In this document: piece after piece, positions 59,181-64,000 of the stretch | How positions within the stretch are numbered: position 1 is the stretch's first letter | Layout: the number at the start of each line of letters is the position of its first letter | Assembly: GCA_038824035.1 (NCBI GenBank) | Contig: JAWBBW010000004.1 | Coordinates: forward strand, 34,243-98,242 | Source: Desulfurococcaceae archaeon | Lineage (GTDB): Archaea > Thermoproteota > Thermoprotei_A > Sulfolobales > Desulfurococcaceae | DNA: 64,000 nt | Direction: 5' to 3' | Notes under the pieces: generated by a model | Database searches by the model: none | What the model was told of the DNA's origin: nothing | The model's input: the letters and a program-made list of their open reading frames with translations, nothing else | Program-made: the position numbers and the translations under genes

Positions 59181-60443
59181 TCACCCGAAGAATTGTCTTC
59201 CAAAACACCTCCCACATAGGCGTATATTACAAGCCCTAGCTACGTGGTCCAGGCTATCCTCGTTGAGCCATGTTAAGCTATCCACCTCCAGATACTTGAC
59301 TATCGCGTCCTCGCTAAGATTTGAAGCTATCAACAATTTCTCATCTATATACATGTAACCATATGGACAACTTCTCGTCAACCGAGGACTGGCTATTAAA
59401 AGGTGTATTTCCTCGACCCCTACCTTGTTACGTAGTATTTGAGAAATGGTCTTAATAGTGGTGCCCGTGACCATGCTGTCATCGACAAGCGCTATTCTCT
59501 TACCCTCTAATACCTTTCTAATAGGGTTCATTTTCAAGTGTATAGCTATTAATCTCTCTGTCCCAGTTCTCTTAAGCATAGACCTATATCTACCAGGTGT
59601 TGGATGAAAGCCCAGTTCAAATGGCTTACGGAGTTCGCGCGCTAATCCAATTGCATATGGATAAGCTGTCTCTGGGACTCCAACAACAATATCGATCTCG
59701 TTGTTAAAGCCCCTAGCCAGTTCTCGGCCTAACTCTTTCCTAAACTCGTATACATGTATATTGTAATCCATAATGGAGTCGTGCCTAGCCAGGTATAATG
59801 GTTCAAAAACACATAGCGAGCCATTATCCATGTTCGATTCAAACACCTTGAACAACGACCTAGCAATGTAGATCATTTCACCCGGCTTAACATGTTTCCT
59901 TATATCACTATCCAATATGTCTATTAGCGAAGACTCCGATGAAACTATTGCGAGGTCGAATCCATACCCTCCTATAACCAGCGGCGAAATACCGAGATTA
60001 CTCCTCATCGACAATATCTCGCCTCTACTCGTTAAAGCGATGAACGACGGTATGTCTAGATCCATGCTATTTGTCAAATCTCTTGCTATACGTCCAGCTT
60101 CGTTAACTATATTATTTGATCTCTCCAATAACTTGTCTAAAAAGAACTCCAGGTCATTTGTGAACCTATCATATATTGCTACAAGTCTAATTCCATTTCT
60201 CTCGATCTCCAGCCAATGCCTTGATGGCTCATCTGATGATGTAAATGCCACAACGGGCTTTGAAATACCCTGTGAAATCCCCTCTCCCTCATATTCCATG
60301 CATAATGGCCTATTATCCACAAGTGTACAGTAGACCTTGTTATCACCGCCCCTATGCTGTAATCCTAGGAAAGCATAGTGTAGATATGGCCTGAGATCCC
60401 AGTCCTCTTCAAAAGGCATTATGGCGACCATGCCTATAGGCAT
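59181..60443 (-). CDS. Amidophosphoribosyltransferase-like paralog lacking the catalytic Cys1
   Basis: LQHRG, CVFEPLY, VDDSMVTGTT, CPYG, CGRCF, but the N-terminus is MPIG rather than MCG. Confidence 0.82.
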   Translation of the reverse strand: MPIGMVAIMPFEEDWDLRPYLHYAFLGLQHRGGDNKVYCTLVDNRPLCMEYEGEGISQGISKPVVAFTSSDEPSRHWLEIERNGIRLVAIYDRFTNDLEFFLDKLLERSNNIVNEAGRIARDLTNSMDLDIPSFIALTSRGEILSMRSNLGISPLVIGGYGFDLAIVSSESSLIDILDSDIRKHVKPGEMIYIARSLFKVFESNMDNGSLCVFEPLYLARHDSIMDYNIHVYEFRKELGRELARGFNNEIDIVVGVPETAYPYAIGLARELRKPFELGFHPTPGRYRSMLKRTGTERLIAIHLKMNPIRKVLEGKRIALVDDSMVTGTTIKTISQILRNKVGVEEIHLLIASPRLTRSCPYGYMYIDEKLLIASNLSEDAIVKYLEVDSLTWLNEDSLDHVARACNIRLCGRCFGRQFFG

Positions 60444-60453
60444 ATGTAATACC

Positions 60454-61188
60454 TCAGTAGCCTTCAACCCCCTCGATGGATACCCCTAATCGCTTGCCTA
60501 ACTCTATATATCTCTTGATCAATAGTTGGACGTTCCTGGTTTTCCTAAAGATCTCTTTATCCAAGTGCTCCCCTTTCTCATCCAGAGCCCTGAAACTATC
60601 CCCCGTGATCTCGTCTCCAACCACGATCTCACCGTTCTCGTCAAAGCCGAACTCCAATTTGAGGTCAATGAGCTTGATGCCCTTTTTCTCCATGTCATTT
60701 GCCATTATGCTGTTTATTCTAAGTGAGAGGTCCTCTATTAATCTCAGTTGTTTCTCAGTCACAACACCTGCATATATTACATCCTCGCGTAGGACAAGGG
60801 GATCATGTAATTCATCGCTCTTATAGTGATATTCTATTATGGGTGGTTTAAGCGGCTGTAATGCTTTAAACAGAGGCATTCTTTTCAATTGCGAACCATA
60901 TGCGTAATTCCTAATGACCACTTCAAGCGGGATCATTTTAAGTTTCTTAACCACCATTGTATCAGAGTTATCGTAGCTTATCATATGTGTTCTTACTCCA
61001 TTATTCTCCAGTAACTTGAAGAAATAAGCACTGATCCTGGCATTCAATAATCCTTTACCTTTCGCGATCATCCTGATAGCTCCATCAGCCGCTGTAACAT
61101 CATCTTCGAATTTCATGATCAATGCATTCGGTATTGTAGGATGTTGGTAAAGGGTTTTGCTTTTCCCTCTATATATCAGGGTAAGCAA
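60454..61188 (-). CDS. purC: SAICAR synthetase
   Basis: YRGKSK, IPLEVVIRN..YGS, YKSDELHDP, DLKLEFG, DEI, LDKEIFR. Confidence 0.93.
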   Translation of the reverse strand: MLTLIYRGKSKTLYQHPTIPNALIMKFEDDVTAADGAIRMIAKGKGLLNARISAYFFKLLENNGVRTHMISYDNSDTMVVKKLKMIPLEVVIRNYAYGSQLKRMPLFKALQPLKPPIIEYHYKSDELHDPLVLREDVIYAGVVTEKQLRLIEDLSLRINSIMANDMEKKGIKLIDLKLEFGFDENGEIVVGDEITGDSFRALDEKGEHLDKEIFRKTRNVQLLIKRYIELGKRLGVSIEGVEGY

Positions 61189-61309
61189 GATTTAATACAC
61201 CTTTTTCTACTTCAGGATGTGTGGATGTATATACAGGTATAGATTAAAAACCTTCATTACATAATCAAATCAATAACTCTGTGAACCCACAATATTGGGA
61301 TTCAAGGTC

Positions 61310-61329
61310 ATTTAATCAATTGATTAAAT
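61310..61329. promoter_or_regulatory. Perfect 20-bp palindrome upstream of the pur operon
   Basis: ATTTAATCAATTGATTAAAT is its own reverse complement. Confidence 0.45.
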
Positions 61330-61564
61330 TTTTGAATAATTTATATCGAAAAATTCTTCCAAAAATAAGAATTTATAGAAAAAGAGGTTTATAAACCTAA
61401 CTATTCTCCAATCCACTTATTTTAAGTACAGAGAAAAGCATAGCATAGAGTCTCTAGATAACTCATCCAGCGAAAATAGTTTGACAAAATTGACGAAGTC
61501 CATATGTCTTTTTATGCAGTGTTTTGTTTATAAACTTATCAACACATCACTCGGCATATACATG

Positions 61565-62992
61565 CTAAAGAACACTTGTTATGGCCCTAGCCGCTAAGAT
61601 ACCAGTAGCAGCCGCCACGTTTATCCCTCTTGAAAGCCCCACACCATCCCCAGCCACGAATATGCCTTCAATGTTTGTTTCCAGCTTGTAATCCGCCTTT
61701 GCCTTTACACCGTAATATTTTATCTCAGGGGCATATAGAAGTGTTTGTGGAGATGCTACACCTGGATATATCTCATCAAGTCTCTCTATGGCTTCAAGTA
61801 AATTCTGTATAACTCGGTGTGGTAGAACTATGCTTATATCCCCAGGTGTTACATCTTTCAGGGTAGGGGTTATAACGCTCCTAGAGATCCTTTCCCATGT
61901 ACTTCTCCTGCCTTTTTCTAAATCCCCTAATCTCTGTATAATAGGTTTCCCTATGCCCACCCTTGTCGCTATTCTGGCAATTGATTTAGCCAATTCGAGA
62001 ACATCCGAGTATGGATCAGTCAACCTTAAAGTGACTAGTAATGCGAAATTGGTGTTCTTTGATTTGAATACTCGATATGTCTCGCCGTTAACCCCGATCG
62101 TGCCATCATCATAGTATTCCTTGAGTACATAGCCCTGTGGATTAGTGCAAAAAGTTCTAACCATATCGTCATATACCTTGGTGTACATGACGATCTTGGG
62201 GTCGTGATTTATACTTGTAATATGCTCTGCTACATAATATGGTATTTCAACTCTGACACCGATGTCCAGGGGCCCTGGCTCGATCTCTATGCCTATCTTC
62301 ATCGCTATCTCCTTAAACCATTTCGCCCCGCCACGTCCTGGAGCTATTAATAACTTTTTAACATAAAACTCGCCCCTATTTGTAATCAACTTAAAACCCC
62401 CCTGATCTCGCCTTATATCCTCCACGCTAGTTAAAGTGGAGATCTTGACATTCCTCTCCTCGAGATATCTTGTCATATTGCTTACTATTTGAACCATTAC
62501 ATCCGTCCCTAGAACCCTCTGGGGCGTGGGTATGTACTTGGCGCCGGCCTTTGCAGCCAATTTCTCTATGTTTTTGGATTTCTTGGGATCTGGCATGATC
62601 AGGGAATCCTTTGGCGCGCCGAATTCGACGAAGATCTCATCAATGTATTTGATGAGCTCCTCTGCTTTATTCCAATCGCCCAGTAGCTTATCCAGATCAC
62701 CTCCAACGTCTGGCCTTAAGTTGACTATGCCACTACTTAACGCACCTGCTCCGCCGACCCCGTACATTATATGACATATTTGACAATCCCCGCAATTATA
62801 CGTCTTAATAGGAGGTGAAGGTATCAAGTTGTTTTCCTGCCTCACTGCAAGGGGGCATTTCCTATGTTCAACCCTTAACCCCTTATCAAACACTATTACT
62901 CTGGCCTTACCCCCAGTCCTCTTCTCAAGTTCTATGGCAGCAAATATCCCAGCTGGCCCTGCACCTATTATCCCTACATCGAATTCCCTCAT
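61565..62992 (-). CDS. NAD(P)/FAD-dependent oxidoreductase with a Cys-rich insert
   Basis: IIGAGPAG, C...CGDCQIC, GVGGAG, RTFCTNP, AGDGVGLSRG. Confidence 0.82.
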   Translation of the reverse strand: MREFDVGIIGAGPAGIFAAIELEKRTGGKARVIVFDKGLRVEHRKCPLAVRQENNLIPSPPIKTYNCGDCQICHIMYGVGGAGALSSGIVNLRPDVGGDLDKLLGDWNKAEELIKYIDEIFVEFGAPKDSLIMPDPKKSKNIEKLAAKAGAKYIPTPQRVLGTDVMVQIVSNMTRYLEERNVKISTLTSVEDIRRDQGGFKLITNRGEFYVKKLLIAPGRGGAKWFKEIAMKIGIEIEPGPLDIGVRVEIPYYVAEHITSINHDPKIVMYTKVYDDMVRTFCTNPQGYVLKEYYDDGTIGVNGETYRVFKSKNTNFALLVTLRLTDPYSDVLELAKSIARIATRVGIGKPIIQRLGDLEKGRRSTWERISRSVITPTLKDVTPGDISIVLPHRVIQNLLEAIERLDEIYPGVASPQTLLYAPEIKYYGVKAKADYKLETNIEGIFVAGDGVGLSRGINVAAATGILAARAITSVL

Positions 62993-64000
62993 ATCTCTAC
63001 ACCCAGGTCTTTTGTCCTGTCAATTATGTGACTAACTTCTTCGCCTGTTCCAATGAGAGTTATAGGTCTTTTTAACTCGTTTTCCAGGTTCTCAATCCAT
63101 TTCCTAGCCTCCAAGGGTAGTTTAGCCCACTCCTTGATACCATATGCTTCCTTGAATAACGAATCAAGCCTGGTTATAGCTATCTGTGTCGCCGAGTTAA
63201 GCATTATAGCCCTCTTAGCCAACTCCACGTTAAATGGCGCAACTCTCCGAGGTCTCCCACTCACTGTGCCATATTCTATCCATCCCATTCTCTCTATCTC
63301 CTCACGAGTTAACTCGTTTTCAAGGGGCCCACTTCCAACTCTCGTTACATATGCCTTGAAGACGACGATGACCGCATCAACTCTCTTCGGTCCCACACCG
63401 GCCTCTGACAACAAAGCCGACGCTATGGTGTCACGGCTCGTTACATATGGATATGTTCCATGGTAAAGTGAGAGAAATGTGCCCTGAGCTCCTTCTATTA
63501 ATACTTTACCACCCTTATCCAACTCTTCATTGATCATCAGAGGTGTGTCTGCCAAAAACCCCTTTAACACTTCGAAATCCCTTGCAAGCCTCAATCTCCT
63601 TAAAACCCTGTCAGACATGGCTGCCCCAACACCCTGAAATGTTGAACCTATAGCACTTAACACATTATCCCTTTTCTCGCGTTCGACATGCCCCTCTTCT
63701 ATGATCCCAGTATTATAATCCACATATATTCGGTCCTTGACATCGAGTTCATTAACCTCTCGGAGAAAGACATCGAGCCTTATTAAGGCACCTGGTGGTA
63801 TGACAAGCCTTGTGTTCTTGTTGATAAATCCTGCTGAGATGCATCTCAGCTTGTATGTTTTTCCACAGTGAACGACGGTATGCCCAGCATTGATCGAGCC
63901 TGTCCTAACAGCTATGTGGTAATCCCCAGCTAGCGATGTATATGCGGCTATTTTACCCTTGCCCTCATCTCCGAAAAACCCGCCAACTATAACCGTTAAC
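62989..64000 (-). CDS. purA: Adenylosuccinate synthetase, start just off the right edge
   Basis: The same frame continues upstream of the track ORF: LTVIVGGFFGDEGKGK...NAGHT; then EGAQG, GTYPYVTSR, TRVGSGP, GTVSGRPRR. Confidence 0.94.
   Translation of the reverse strand, partial: LTVIVGGFFGDEGKGKIAAYTSLAGDYHIAVRTGSINAGHTVVHCGKTYKLRCISAGFINKNTRLVIPPGALIRLDVFLREVNELDVKDRIYVDYNTGIIEEGHVEREKRDNVLSAIGSTFQGVGAAMSDRVLRRLRLARDFEVLKGFLADTPLMINEELDKGGKVLIEGAQGTFLSLYHGTYPYVTSRDTIASALLSEAGVGPKRVDAVIVVFKAYVTRVGSGPLENELTREEIERMGWIEYGTVSGRPRRVAPFNVELAKRAIMLNSATQIAITRLDSLFKEAYGIKEWAKLPLEARKWIENLENELKRPITLIGTGEEVSHIIDRTKDLGVEI

Noticed and set aside
62989-63723. Apparently truncated 244-aa purA
   Set aside because: Window-edge artefact: the frame stays open to 64000 and contains GDEGKGK.
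1-64000. CRISPR arrays, tRNA/rRNA genes, transposases, integrases
   Set aside because: No regularly spaced repeats, GC-rich structural RNA blocks or transposase/integrase motifs were seen by eye; short elements could have been missed.

Overview
Archaeal chromosomal DNA. GGTGA/GAGGT Shine-Dalgarno sites, BRE-TATA promoters, a crenarchaeal single-OB SSB, class III pilins, PurP and a split GcvP point to a thermophilic crenarchaeon; Desulfurococcales-like is inferred, not proven. Gene content from left to right: glycine cleavage/glyA/deoC/speE cluster; class II aldolase; NfeD-stomatin pair; a ~11.6 kb tungsten-oxidoreductase region (PfkB + ferredoxin + WOR5-like AOR, convergent with ferredoxin + AOR + Liv-type ABC transporter, plus a MoaD/SAMP-like gene); two CDF transporters; rhomboid protease; two tandem type IV pilins; ion-transport and amino-acid genes; a MoxR/RavA AAA+ and vWA pair next to a GIY-YIG nuclease, SSB and a PqqD-like gene; pyrF-E-K-D; a 12-gene de novo purine operon; and purA running off the right edge. 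Main findings: (1) a 140-aa mini-intein inside the MIDAS motif (DK^SGS) of the vWA protein; (2) two intergenic C/D-box sRNA candidates flanking the nuclease-ssb-pqqD genes, one with compensatory box changes and two guides matching adjacent 16S rRNA sites; (3) the tungstoenzyme/ABC island, whose substrate is unknown; (4) a 277-bp segment bounded by perfect 14-bp inverted repeats upstream of the pilins. No rRNA, tRNA, CRISPR array or transposase was seen. All calls come from reading motifs and recalling protein families; no searches were run.
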